Shown: one piece after another, positions 26,937 to 40,511 of the stretch
Layout: each line of letters starts with the position of its first letter
How positions within the stretch are numbered: the stretch's first letter is position 1
Source of the DNA: Tubulanus polymorphus
Lineage: Eukaryota; Animalia; Nemertea
Length of the DNA stretch: 64,000 nucleotides
Assembly: GCF_964204645.1 (NCBI RefSeq)
Contig: NC_134036.1
Location: 186,001 to 250,000 of the forward strand
Reading direction: 5' to 3'
Translations under genes and position numbers: made by a program
The notes under the pieces: model-generated
Databases searched by the model: none
Told to the model about the DNA's origin: nothing
What the model saw: only the letters and a program-made list of their open reading frames with translations

Positions 26937-29673
26937 TTACACCGTTTCCATGACGTTACTCATATTCTTCAGCTCTTTGCTAAAATTCTGAAGATAAAAA
27001 TTACATTTTAAATTTCTGAATTCCTTCAACAATACATTTTATTCCGAGCCATTTAAACACTCAGTTCGACAGTTGTGAGTTCAGATTTAGATCTAAAGTT
27101 AACTCGAGAAAATGAACTGATTTTAACTGAGAGTTAACTCGCAAATGTGGAACCGAAACCCTGGGACCAGTTCCATAGTCATGGCTTAGACTTAAGACCA
27201 GTCAAGACTATCTTAGTTCTATCTAACAGCTTAAGACCAGTCTTAAGATTTCAGACCACTAAATTCTCGACTATGGAACCGATGGAGTCTGAGTTAGAAT
27301 CAGTTCATTTTCGATCAAATTAACTCTGACTAAATCCGAACTCACAACTGTGAAACCGATATATTCATACCTGAAACTCAGGTACAGTTAATTCAAACGA
27401 TTTGTTAGTTACTCGTCCAGCAGAATCAGCAACTTTCAACGAAATGACGACGTAAGGAGAGTTTAAATTCTTACAAGTATCAGAAGTCATCGCTAAACCA
27501 AGTTTCCATTTAAAATCCACTAACTATAATGAGAAAATGAGATAATATGTGATTTCAGGGGTGAAATAAAGGAAAGGGGGGCCTCTTGAGGAATTTACGG
27601 TCTTTTTTTAAGTCTCGCTGTAATTTTAGTTGCTCACAAATGCAATGATTCAAACAGTTAATTGTTGCCACAACAAACATTTGGTTGTATGGTTGTAGCA
27701 GTTCAATATTGATCTTGCTTCAATTTTGATCTTTATAATGACAAGAATTGTCACCATCAACCAGATTGGGGTGTACAGTTTGAGAATCTGGCCCAGGTGA
27801 ACAAAGCCAAGAATCAGTAAATTGAAGAAGAAAATTTAAAAAATTGTTTCGTTTTTGTCTTGAGTTGGGCATATCCAAATAAGGCAAAGTTTACTGTTTA
27901 CTAGCAACCGGTTCAACTGTTGCACTCGGAAAAAATTGTCACTCTATTGAGTGAAAATTTAGATTATTATTCTTATTTCAAACCGATGACTCGAGAACTG
28001 GTTTCTTTTGAGAGTGATTTTTGAATTGAGAAAGAGAAGTGCAGTAACAGTTCATTTATATTAAGAAGTTTGTGTCGAGGATTTATTTCACTTTATTAAT
28101 ATCGCTATAAACTTTTTCTCACTTCGAATATTAAACACATCAAGAACAGTTTCAATTACTTTTGGCAAACTATCAAATTACTCAGGGATTTAATACAGAG
28201 CTGTATTTAACAGTGTGCAGGGGCAGTTTCCCCCACAGATATTTAGAACAATCATGGAGTAAAAGGAGTTCATGTATTTTCAATGCAACTCAAATCCATA
28301 TATTTACAAATATCTCTAATTAATATCATTATTGATAAATATGACTAATTAATACAATTGATGTCTTTATAAGCCCATTGAGAGTCACGAGTAGTGTTAA
28401 AGTATATGATATTTGTTATGTCACAATAATTAATAAATAAAAACACAAAAACAAAATTAACTCACCTTCCCTGCAGAAATACTTCTTTGTAAAATCGTGG
28501 ATGCATCGATTAAACTTTTACCCTGTAATAGATAATAAGATGCAAATCAAAAACGATTTCTAATTTATGACAAAAAATATTTCTAGGACAATCTTTTGAA
28601 ATTCTTACATGATCCTTCCAGACATGTTTGATTACTGCTATCGCATCGTCGTTTAGAATCGCGCCCGATTTCAACTGCGTCGCTAAATCTTTCTCATCTA
28701 ATTTTGATTTTGTTGCGAATTTATAAATGAAACTGACAGCATTTACAACGCTTTGTATCGAAGATTCTGATTGGTCTAATTTCTAAAAAATGAAGAGTTC
28801 ATTGTATAGAAATTTGGACGAAATAAAAGATTAGAAATTAATTATCAAAAATTAAAATCAAAATACACAATGTATTGAACTCTTATTAAAGATCATCGTC
28901 AGTACCACACCTGACAATCATTTCCAGCAAACGTTGTGTATTTTGATTGTGATTCTTGATAAATGGATTTGTATTTTAAACCTGGTTGGTATAAAGTGGG
29001 TATTGAATCTAATCTCAACCTTAGAAAAATAAAGTAGACCGGGCCGTTCTATCAATATTAATGAAAACGCAAAAGTAAATACAGTTGTTTCTTTGCATCT
29101 TTTAATAGACACAAAAACCTTGTTTCCTTTATTTCTTTGAAGCAGAATATTGTTATGAAAATGAATCAATGTTTAACTAACCATCTGAAAGTTATTGATA
29201 TTCACGAAACTAATTTTCTGCTGCTGGAACGACATACATTCTTGACACTGAAAATGAAAACAAAAAGAAACGGTTTAAGACAAACACTCCAATTCTTTTC
29301 TGAATGTTTGACCTCAGAAATACTTGGTCCACGGTTTTCTACTCACCAGTTCAGCAAATATATCTTGTGGAATATTATTTATGATATTAGCGGCTTCGGT
29401 AAAACCTGAAACCAACGTGAAAATAGTTTTAAAATCCGCGTAATTCGTTAAATAAATTCGTTGATTGAATTGACTATCGGGTCGGATTTCAAGCGTTATT
29501 TCGTCGTTAATAACCAATTTTGCAACCGGTAAAGTATTTCATATCAACGAAGGGAAATTCAACTGTTTCGAAAATATAAAATCGGCCTCGAAAACATTTT
29601 CAAACATGTTAAAATATCATCAAAAACATCGTAACTAATTACCATTTGGGGCGGCTTGCATGACGTCCGCCAT
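26937..29673 (-). CDS. COMMD6: COMM domain-containing protein 6, long form, 196 aa, 7 exons
   Basis: Exons 29673-29643, 29405-29347, 29247-29182, 28782-28609, 28522-28466, 27523-27371 and 26987-26937 (591 nt, phases consistent). The C-terminal COMM domain LVDFKWKLGLAMTSDTCKNLNSPYVVISLKVADSAGRVTNKSFELTVPEFQNFSKELKNMSNVMETV* closely resembles COMMD6 (LVDFQWKLGMAVSSDTC...ETV). Confidence 0.92.
27061..27358. mobile_element. Cluster of MITEs in the last COMMD6 intron; central element recurs at 40386-40511 and, inverted and partial, at ~57270-57335
   Basis: Outer inverted arms CAGTTGTGAGTTC..GAAAATGAACTGATT / AATCAGTTCATTTTC..GAACTCACAACTG. Inner element GGGACCAGTTCCATAGTC..GGCTTAGACTTAAGACCA..GACTATGGAAC. 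Confidence 0.75.
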
Positions 29674-29880
29674 CTTGAACGATCACATGACCATCCGGGA
29701 TTCCGCCGGGAAATCCCTGGTACTCCGCCATCTTGTACGATCACATGACCTAGGGTTAGGGTTAGGGAATTCCTAGGAACTCCGGAAGTATCGGCGACCA
29801 CATGACCTAGGGTTAGGGTTAGGGAATTCCTGGGAAACCCGGAAGTATCGGGGATTCCTGTAAACAACATGGCGGCCAGT
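29668..29880. promoter_or_regulatory. Bidirectional promoter between COMMD6 and the 4-TM gene, built of ~57-bp units
   Basis: Head-to-head gene starts. YY1-like CCGCCATCTT at 29668 and 29726, CACATGAC three times, ETS CCGGAAGT at 29782 and 29839, kB-like sites, and two TAGGGTTAGGGTTAGGG tracts. Confidence 0.75.
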
Positions 29881-30204
29881 GTTGCTGTCAAAAATGATGA
29901 TTTTTGGACGTGATTTGAATGTAATTTCCGGCGCTTTGAGCGACTGAAGGAACGATCGAAGGTTAGTAACAAATACACAGTATTTTAATTCACAAATTAA
30001 AGCTAAAATGTAAGAATTCATGATCTAAATTAGACCCGAAAAAGCGATCTAAAACTGTGCAGTCTCTACACCGAAATCCTTATCACTTGTCTGTAACTAT
30101 CCTATATTTCTATTTTACAGAGCCTATTGTAAGGATGTATTTGACTGTTGTTGAGTGTGACAGTGATGCCCGTCATTGATTAGTTCATCATTGTTGCATG
30201 AAAG

Positions 30205-32510
30205 ATGAATATCACCGTGACGACGCAGCGGGCGCGTCGTCAACGTCACGTGTTTATGATCAGTCAGAGCGAGGATTCCGGATATCACCCCGACGACACG
30301 ATTATACCTCACAACAATGAACTAAACGCCTTGGATACGATCTCCGTACACGAGTATTCCAGTCCGAAATGTCTACCGTTACGGAAACTAAGGAAACGAT
30401 TGCTGAGAATGTTGTGGCGTGGTTGGATCATGCTCGGATTAGGAGTAGTGATATTTGTGTTGGGTCTCTCTATAGGAGTCATATATTTCTGTATTAGAGG
30501 TGCAACATCAACTCTAAAATACACAGAAACAGTTCCTACCTACGTTCCTGCAATACTGGTACGATTTCAAACCTTCATTGTATTTTGAGATGATATTCCA
30601 TATATTTGAGATATATCTCATATGAATATTTGAGATAATGATATTTTAATGTATTTTATAAACATTTCCATATATTCTATGAGATATGCTATTTGATATT
30701 GAGATAATGATATTTTGATATATCTGAGATAATGATTGTTTATATCTATAGTTGATAGTAACTGGTATATTGTGTAGTGTATTCTATTGGAGGAGATATG
30801 AATCATACGTAAGTTTGAGTCTCTGTTTCTCTATTGAACGTATTATTAGAATATTTCTCTGATCTGTATTGTTGTCGTTGCTAGGCAGCCGGTTCGCTGG
30901 TATTGTGTATAATTATGGCTCCGTTCTGCGCGGTTTGCGCGGCGTTAACGTCGCTACAACACGTTGCTAGGATACACGATTTACACAATTGTTCGTATCG
31001 GCCGCCGATGTGTCGATGTTACGGAGTAACGGAGATCCACCAGTATGAGGTCACTTCCTGTCCCGTCGTGTTCGGTTCGTTACAGACTTATCTACACGTT
31101 AAACTCGGCCTGTACTGCGGTGCTGCCACCTGTTGTTCGATCGGTGCCGTACTATGCCTTCTGCTTGTGAATTTCTGCCGCCCCGTACGCCATCTATATT
31201 CAGAGGTAAGAGTAAGATTGATGGATTTTGAATAAATTTGCATATTTAATTATGTTATTTTAGTGAATTTGCATGTTTAATTTGATGAACAGGATGATCG
31301 CCGCCTATTGGCTGAACACGGAGTGAATACAATGAGTCAGAATTCAGCGTTTGCTCTCGAGGAAATTCCCGATCATCCGTCGAGCAGACGACATTCCATA
31401 GCAACCAGTCCAGTAACCGGGGAGGATGCTCCGAGACAGGACAATATATTCGAGCGTCTCCACGGTGACCGAAGAATCGTCGACCCAACGACTGCGAGAC
31501 ACAATCACAATCAGCAACGATCGTCATGGGAGACGATGCAGATGTCTAGATTCATCTCATTGCCAGGGGAACCGCGATGTTGTTTGTTGGGAATAAGACG
31601 TAATGATAGCATAGTTCGCAACAACACATCGACTGGGAACCAAACCGGGGTATCCCAGTCGGAGTTGTCTGGTAACCAGTCCGTGATGCCCCAGTCGGAG
31701 TTGCCTGGTAACCAGTCCGTAGATGAAGTAAGTGTTGTAAATGAAGTGGAGAATGTTGAAAGAGAATGCAGCAATGTGGAGAATGTTGAAACTAGAAACA
31801 TTGAATACCAGGAAAATTTAATTCGTGAATTTAATTTGATGCAAGAAAGATTAATCAGAATGTGGTTGGATCGGTGCCAAAATCTACCGCCAGATGGTTA
31901 CCACGGCGATATAAATTCAACGGGACCGATACAACGAAACAGCGTTCCACAACTACCGGTCGAACCCTTACAACGTCGCCCGTCTCAACAATTGCCATCG
32001 CAACCACGACAACGCGCCGAATCAGTGTACACAATACCTGATCAACCAATCAGACGTTTTATGAGTAACCAACGGTTACCGTCTCGACCAATCAGACGTA
32101 ACAGTACCGACACGCAGTTACCACCGTTACCGCTCTCACGTCGTCCCGGTAATCACGGTCGTTATAGTAACCCCGGGTTACCACGAGCTTCACGTAATCC
32201 TCTACAAGTGAGGATTGATTACCATGAGAGAGTGGCGCCACCTACAATCGATGAGGTTCCCGTTAATTTCACTGATGAATTTTATCGTATTTTACGAGAA
32301 TCAATCAACAGCGGGCAGACGACCGGTTGCTGCGGTAACGTGATGTTAATACCGGTGCCTTTTGTAGCGTTACCCGAGGATCCCCCGCCTCCTTACTGCT
32401 CCCGTCCAGCATCAGTCCTGAGCGGTCGAATCTCGGTTACACGTGATAGTTCATCGGGCAGTAGTCATAGCAGCCATATCTCGATAACCGCTGAAATACC
32501 AGTCGCTTAG
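30205..32510 (+). CDS. CD20-like four-transmembrane protein (TMEM255/ENTREP-FAM189-like architecture), ~649 aa
   Basis: Coding exons 30205-30558, 30752-30808, 30885-31205 and 31293-32510 (all phase 0, 1950 nt). Four hydrophobic segments, a Cys-rich loop between TM3 and TM4 (NCSY..CRC..SC), and a long Pro/Arg/Ser-rich tail with DPPPPY. Probable non-coding first exon ~29860-29961. Confidence 0.8.
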
Positions 32511-33914
32511 CAACCCGTCTGTTAACATTTTTGTGATATTAGAACGGATTCAATTGTTTTATCATTCCACGTAAACAGATTCCAGTCGTTGTAGTCATAG
32601 TAACAGAGTCCAGTCGTGTATTGATGACTAACAGAGTCCAGTCATACAAACACGAACAGTTGCATTTAGAATATTTTATTGATCTGGTTTTTGTGCCGTT
32701 GTATTTATTGGTTTACTCACCAGGGGGCAGTGTAATCACTGATTTATCTATTTCTATGATATCCTTTATTTCATCTCAGAAAGTTCAGTAATTTCTAGAT
32801 GATATATCGATGCATTTGTCAGTTAAATAGTCCATTAGATTATAGGAGTCAGTCTACTATTATAAACTAGTCAGTTGACTAGTCCACTAGTCCATTCTAT
32901 CTCCGTATTTCAACTACTTTTACAAACATAAATATTAAGATCTGTCCTAAAATAATTGTGATAACTTTTCGCTTTCCGTCGACTTTTACAAGAATATATT
33001 ATTTCCGTTAATTTTAAACGAATGATTGATGTTTTTTTCGGGCTGGGTTTCCAGATTTGATCGTAATTATAAATAATATTGAATTTGCCGTCTTGAACAT
33101 TTGTTGATTTGTTTCAATTTTTGAGTGAAACGTTTTTTGTGATCAATTTATCTGTGGGAGACGTTGCAGCAACCCGCCACCTAGTAGGAAACCCTGGAAC
33201 TAGGCATTCTGACCAATCATATCAAACAGGACCGAGGAATAAACTTCATACAGACATGAAGAGACCGGAGACTGCCTAATACTTATGATAGGAAATACTC
33301 TAGTGGAACCTCGGATATGACGAAAAGATTTTCTGGTTTGTGAAGCTCGCTGTAACCAGGGAGACAGTACACTGATTGTCCTGCGTTACACAATTATCTG
33401 TATAAGTCCTCTATAGGGAGGCGTGATGCATCAAATTGCAGTGATAGGATTATGACTTCAATAAATCTGTTCTTCAGGGTATGCACAAACCGTTTGACCA
33501 CGGAGTGGTCGAGCAGCAGAGACGACAGACAGGAATGAAGATGGATGGATAGAATCCTTGCTGCAGATCTGATGCATGAATGACAAACTCGCCCAGAAGT
33601 TGCAATACAGCCCCAGTTGGACGAGAGAGAGAGAGATGATATCGATACAGATCCGATTTATGAAACACAAACTCATCCACTTTAAACGACCACAACTTCA
33701 CTCTTTTATTTAATCAGCATTTTACTTATAAATAATTACAAGCCTGGAATTTGTATAAAAACATACGGTTTTTTCTTACGGTTTAGAATTTAGAATTACA
33801 TGAAAGATTGAAGTCAGTGGAATTTGTTTAGTTTGTTGGTGTCATCCAGGCTTCATTATTCACCCACTAGAGCGCGCTACTGCAGGTATTTACAGACTCG
33901 TTTCTTCATGATGT

Positions 33915-35271
<1,357 letters not shown>

Positions 35272-35294
35272 GGTTTCTGATTAGTGCCTAACGT

Positions 35295-35305
35295 GAAAGA
35301 GGAAG
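35295..35305 (-). promoter_or_regulatory. TCT / 5'TOP pyrimidine initiator of RPS27
   Basis: CTTCCTCTTTC on the - strand ~25-35 nt upstream of the ATG, typical of ribosomal protein genes. Confidence 0.8.
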
Positions 35306-38300
35306 TACATTCTACCGGGGTTTACATTTAGAAATACACGCGGGACCCGATTGCACCATAGCCTGTAACTTTGTAAAACATTTCATATCTTTAGCGCAAT
35401 ACGGTTTCAAACAGTTTGGATATATTCCGAAATAATGAATAGATTCATGTTTTTTATAAGAAAAACTTTAAAGACCTATGAAAATGATTTAGAACGAGAT
35501 TAAGATCGCCGGTTCCCCCGTTCGGTTCGAATCCCGACTTCAGCAGACATTTATTAAATATTTCCCTGCGTTAGTTTCCAGAAATCTTTCTACGAATTAG
35601 GATATAGAAATATCATGTTCTTACGAAACCGAGTTCAAATAAAGAATTTACCTTGACCGCTAAAATGTTACTTTTTTAGCAATAAAACAAATATTGAATT
35701 GAATCAGCACCTGTTGGGTTCGAAACCCACTTTTGATGTATTCTCAGTCTCAACTTCTCATGACAAGTTTAGACTAATTCTTTCCACACAAAATTAATGT
35801 CTATGTCGTATAAAATCATTGCAAAGGCCTCATCATAAATCCAGCCACGTTTTGCTTTTTTTTACATCTGCCAGAATATAACATTGATTGTATTGAATTT
35901 AAAAATGTATTGGGTTCGAGTCCTTCTATTTTCACTCTTGCAGCAGCATTGACAAGTTTGTACGTTAGATGGCGCATGTGTGAACAATGCCACAGCACCG
36001 ATCATATCAAGCCTTACGGATTCCACTATTCTGTGTGTAAATTACTAACTATAAGTAATTTCTAGTTTGAGGCCAAGTATTCTAAATTTGTCCGGGAAAG
36101 GGACAGAGTGGAAGGAATCAAGTAATGTTTCAGTAATTTCGAAATATTCAAATAATAGTCCACTTACCTTCAGCACCGCGCAGGAAATTCTCGAGTGAAG
36201 ATTGGTGTTTGAAAAAACTCGAACAATTCAAATCGTTCTTCATCTTGTCATTTAAACTATCGGGTGTAGTCTAAACCCAATCTAATTCTACTCTGTAGTT
36301 CTGTGTTAATTGTTGCGTACCGCACCCTAACAATCGCTTTTAATCTCGTGTTTTAATTGACGCTTACGGTGACGTGCGCGATTCATTAATTAAGACGGAT
36401 AACGACCTGAGGGTAGGAGAACAGCTCCGGAGATGGGGACAGCTCATGGGGTTGGGAGAACAGCTCCTGGGGTTGGGGAACTGATGAAACCCGCCTGACG
36501 TGATGTTTCTTTTAAATCTGACTTGCAATATCTGGCTCTGTAGATTCAGTAATATTGTAATTTAATTAAAGCTGTTCTTTCTAATTTATGTAAAATTAGT
36601 TATTGATTAATAACTAATTAGTTATAGAAAATTGCGCTGAGAGTGAATCACGTTATAAAAACTTTACAAGATAAAAAAAATATTTTTTTGTGGTATTTTT
36701 GAGGAATTGGTCGCGGATTAGTAAATGCTGCACGTGGAACATCATTCATCGAAGCCATCAGTTTCCTACCCTGGCAAGCGAGTGTCGTTATGTAGGATAG
36801 AGGTTTATCTCGAGCAGACGTCGACTCACGCGCGCGCTATAATGTTTCCCTCCGAGAGTTTATCATCAAATGTCCAGATAATAGTTGTAAAACATGACGC
36901 GACTGATAAAACTTCTGGTGCTTCGACTAATGGATCTATTATAGCGATGGAACTCAGACCTGAAGCTACTCATTGGTTTAACTTTGTACCTAAAAACGAC
37001 GACACGGGGAAATTAAGAAATCTCTATTGATAAATGTAGCCTGACCATTATATTCTTATTGTTGTAGATATAGCTGTAGGGATCTCTTCGGCGTCTAGAC
37101 TTTTGTTCTTCATCATGGATGATGGCAAACCTATGAAAGAGAAAGAAAAAGTGCATTTGCAACTTCGAAAATCTTGCTCAACTTTAGTCAACTTAGTCTA
37201 TGAAAATTTACCTTAATAATAATCAAATGATACTAAAACTAGAAATTCACATGTACTGCTGTATTCACTGTACATCTATTTACAGTGTACATGTATAACA
37301 GTGTACATGAATTTACAGTGTACATGTACATGTGTAGATGTAGCGAGCGTTACGGTTTCCTTTGCTTGCCGGAAAACAAACTCGCTGTTATTTCTGCTAT
37401 GAATGTCGAACTGTCTGTTGCTGCTGCTGCTGCTGCTGTGATGACAAGTAAAGGAAATTACGCGTTTTCCTGATTGTAAAAAAAAGTATCAATATAAAGA
37501 TGCTATTTCCGAGTTAGATGTTGTCTCTCTCCTCCTCTCTCTCCTCATCTCTCTCCTCTCTCTACTCCTCTCTCCTCTCTCCTCTCTCTCCCTTTCACTC
37601 TCTCCTCTTTCTCATCTAGTCATTGTTTATATAAACACATCCCCAATAATTGAAAATAAACCTTTCACGGAGCAACGACAAAAAATATATCATACATATC
37701 TAAATAAATATTTACTTATATCAAATGGATCAGATATATATGTTTCTAATGTCATCCCTCTATTCAATCAGATACTCATCATTTTCAAGAGTCTTCTTTG
37801 TATCGAAAAGTTCTATAGTACAGGAAAAATCAATTCATAAATCTGGATTGTATAGCATCAGATGTTTGGTTGATCGTCTTTGTTGACTTTAAAGCCGCTT
37901 TGTTTTATTTTAGGAATTCCACAAGGGGAAAATAAGGATACGGTTATTATGTCAAAATCTTACATATTAGATATATATTTCTTCGATATCTTTTTGTTGA
38001 AGTAAATTTCGGCTAGATACATTCAGACTTGACTGTTCTGTGGTCGTGGTTACAAAAAGACGATAAAAATCATGATAGGTTGAAAAAGTTAAGGGCTACG
38101 CGCACGACAAGTTGTTGGTCGTTATCGGAAAGTTTTTCCAAGCGAGACAGAGCGCAACATCAACAGCAGCAGCAACCGAACTGTATCACATCAACTGATA
38201 GCGCGGATAATCAGTTTACGACTGGCTACCTCGAGGCTACTATGAAATCACTACGCGGTTTGTACCGACCAATTTCCTTCTCAATTATACCCGTCCGCCA

Positions 38301-40385
38301 TCGATAACCAACCTCAACAGAACCGACGACAAAAATCGAGAATAATTTCATAATTCCGTCTCGTTTCGCTCTCTCTCCGCCCGATACGACTGATCGCTTA
38401 TGACAACCATCGATAACGTCGTCTCAACGCGCACCTTTTTGTCGACGTATTAGTTCATTGTTACCGCCGTCGCGAACGAATTTAACCAATTTCTCCTAGC
38501 GACGATGGAACAGATGCGTTTAGATTAGCCGCAGTAAATCGAATTACTGGTTTCGATTGTTGCGTGCTACGTGGTGATTGGTGCATGACTGAGGTGTATT
38601 GTGACATTGTAACCGATGTGTTTGTTGCAGTAATTCCCAGAGAGTTGCCGGGCGACTCGGCGCGTGTATGTCTAACTCTTATCGAAATGCGACGTGAGGC
38701 CGGCTTAAAATTCCATTAGTGACGGATAAGTGCCCGAACACGAAAGCGTATCGTCACAAAACGACATTTTCGAGAACTTCGGTTAAAAACCCTCTCTTAC
38801 CTCGTCTGCGCAAGTGTAAACAAGTTAACGAAGTCAATTTAACCATGAATAGAAAACAACGTGCGACATAAACGTCGACAAACTCTTCCACAAGTACAGT
38901 ATTAGATCAACTAGTTTCAGCTTGAGCTAAAGATGTCTAATTTTTCAAAAACTCCTTACAATATCATAACTAAAAGTGGCCAAATTGCAAATAAAATGGC
39001 TTATTTGGGGGGGGGGGGGTTGACACAGCAGCATCAGTCACTCGTGGACATTTTTTTGGTGGGGGAGGGGTGCTCCGACTTTCGTATTCCATGGTCAAAA
39101 ATACAGTTTAACTCAGATGTTTGGCCTCCTCCTCTTCTTAACCTTGGTCAAAACTACCGGTGCACACGAAAAAGGACGGTGGACCGAAAAGTCAATAGCG
39201 ATGGAGTGAGAACGTGCCAGGGGCGGTGTTAAACGATCCTGGATGCTGGGGTGTCTTATACAATACGTTAAAAGGTTTGTGTTTACAGAACACGTGAAGT
39301 GAACGGAGTGAACACCATCACACTCTCTCGAGCAATGATCGATCCCTGACTGTTGTGCGACTTTTAGAACGATATTGTAAAACTATTTAGAAACTAAGTG
39401 TAGAAATTCACGGAATATCAAAAGAGAAATTGAAATTTTATGATGTCAGGATTTTCCAAATAATCAGATATTAGGCTAAGAAAATTTGATACCAGCCGCC
39501 TAGATCTGCCCTGGGCGTAACTGTTTTAAAATCACGTTAAAGCTAACAGTAATATACCCGGCAGTTGTAGAAATAAACTGATTGCAAATTTCATTGCAGT
39601 TTACAAAAATGACCCGTCAGATGAGGAGAAAAACAAGGTAACCTTTTATTGTCAACCTTAAACCAGAAATGTTCACAAATAGATTGTAATTGGAGACAGA
39701 TATTCTGACATCTCCAAGATATAACCAACAGTCCCTCCTGTGGTCAGCGCGTTTAATTCTTGCAGCGCGGTTGTTTCTATTTTACGACCGGTCTAGATCC
39801 CGGTAAGACTTTGTGGTCCGCGACATTTTATAGCATTAAGAGTAAGATTTATAGATATGGAATGAATGACATTCTATGAGAGACTGGAGGTGCAAGTGTG
39901 TGTGTAAGAGGCTGCTTCAGCGAGATATACATTCTGCTTATAAGGAACGCGAGAGCGCGTGTACTGAACAGTGTTATTATCTCACACTTGACTCTCCCGT
40001 CCTCTCAACTACTGATGCCTCTACAGGATTTTACAGTTTAAAGGTAAATTAACTACTGAATATTTTAGATGTTGTTTCTTTTCTGGTTGCCGAATTGTAA
40101 CAATTGGATTCCGTTGCCCCGGGACACGCGGTTCCGCAGTTCGCGGGCCGCGCTGTCGCAGAGTCCTAAAGTTACAGGGCACATTAGAATATTGATATAA
40201 ACAAACCTAACTTTTAACTGATATTTAACTCACATGACTGTGGAACTGGCTCCTTTTTTTGATTATGTCTAATTATGTAGTATACAGTCAAATCCGCTTA
40301 ATCCGTGTCGGATTAATCCGGATTCTGGTCTAATCCGACAGTATCTGCAGACTCAATTTGTTCATCAATATACAAGATATTGGAT

Positions 40386-40511
40386 GGACCAATTCCGTCG
40401 TGGCTTAGACTTAAGACCATCTTAGTTCTATAACCAATCTAACAACTTAAGACCAGTCTTAAAATTTAAGACCACTTTTGGGATTTAAGTCTCGACTATG
40501 GAATTGGGTCC
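40386..40511. mobile_element. MITE of the same family as 27162-27280
   Basis: GGACCAATTCC..GGCTTAGACTTAAGACCA..GACTATGGAATTGGGTCC with inverted ends. Confidence 0.75.

Noticed and set aside
29751-29825. Telomere or telomerase-RNA template
   Set aside because: Only 2-3 repeats per tract, embedded in a promoter, with no pseudoknot or H/ACA context seen.
33470-33690. 7SK- or C/D snoRNA-like segment downstream of RPS27 (two GATC motifs, GGATGA...CTGA)
   Set aside because: Better explained as a degenerate ~85-bp direct duplication; no Pol III terminator or recognisable guide sequence.
35500-35930. tRNA genes suggested by T-loop sequences
   Set aside because: No acceptor stem, D-arm or A-box could be built; only B-boxes are present.
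36725-38307. Short ORFs and exon-like pieces at 36.7-38.3 kb
   Set aside because: They could not be joined into a phase-consistent gene model and show no recognisable homology.
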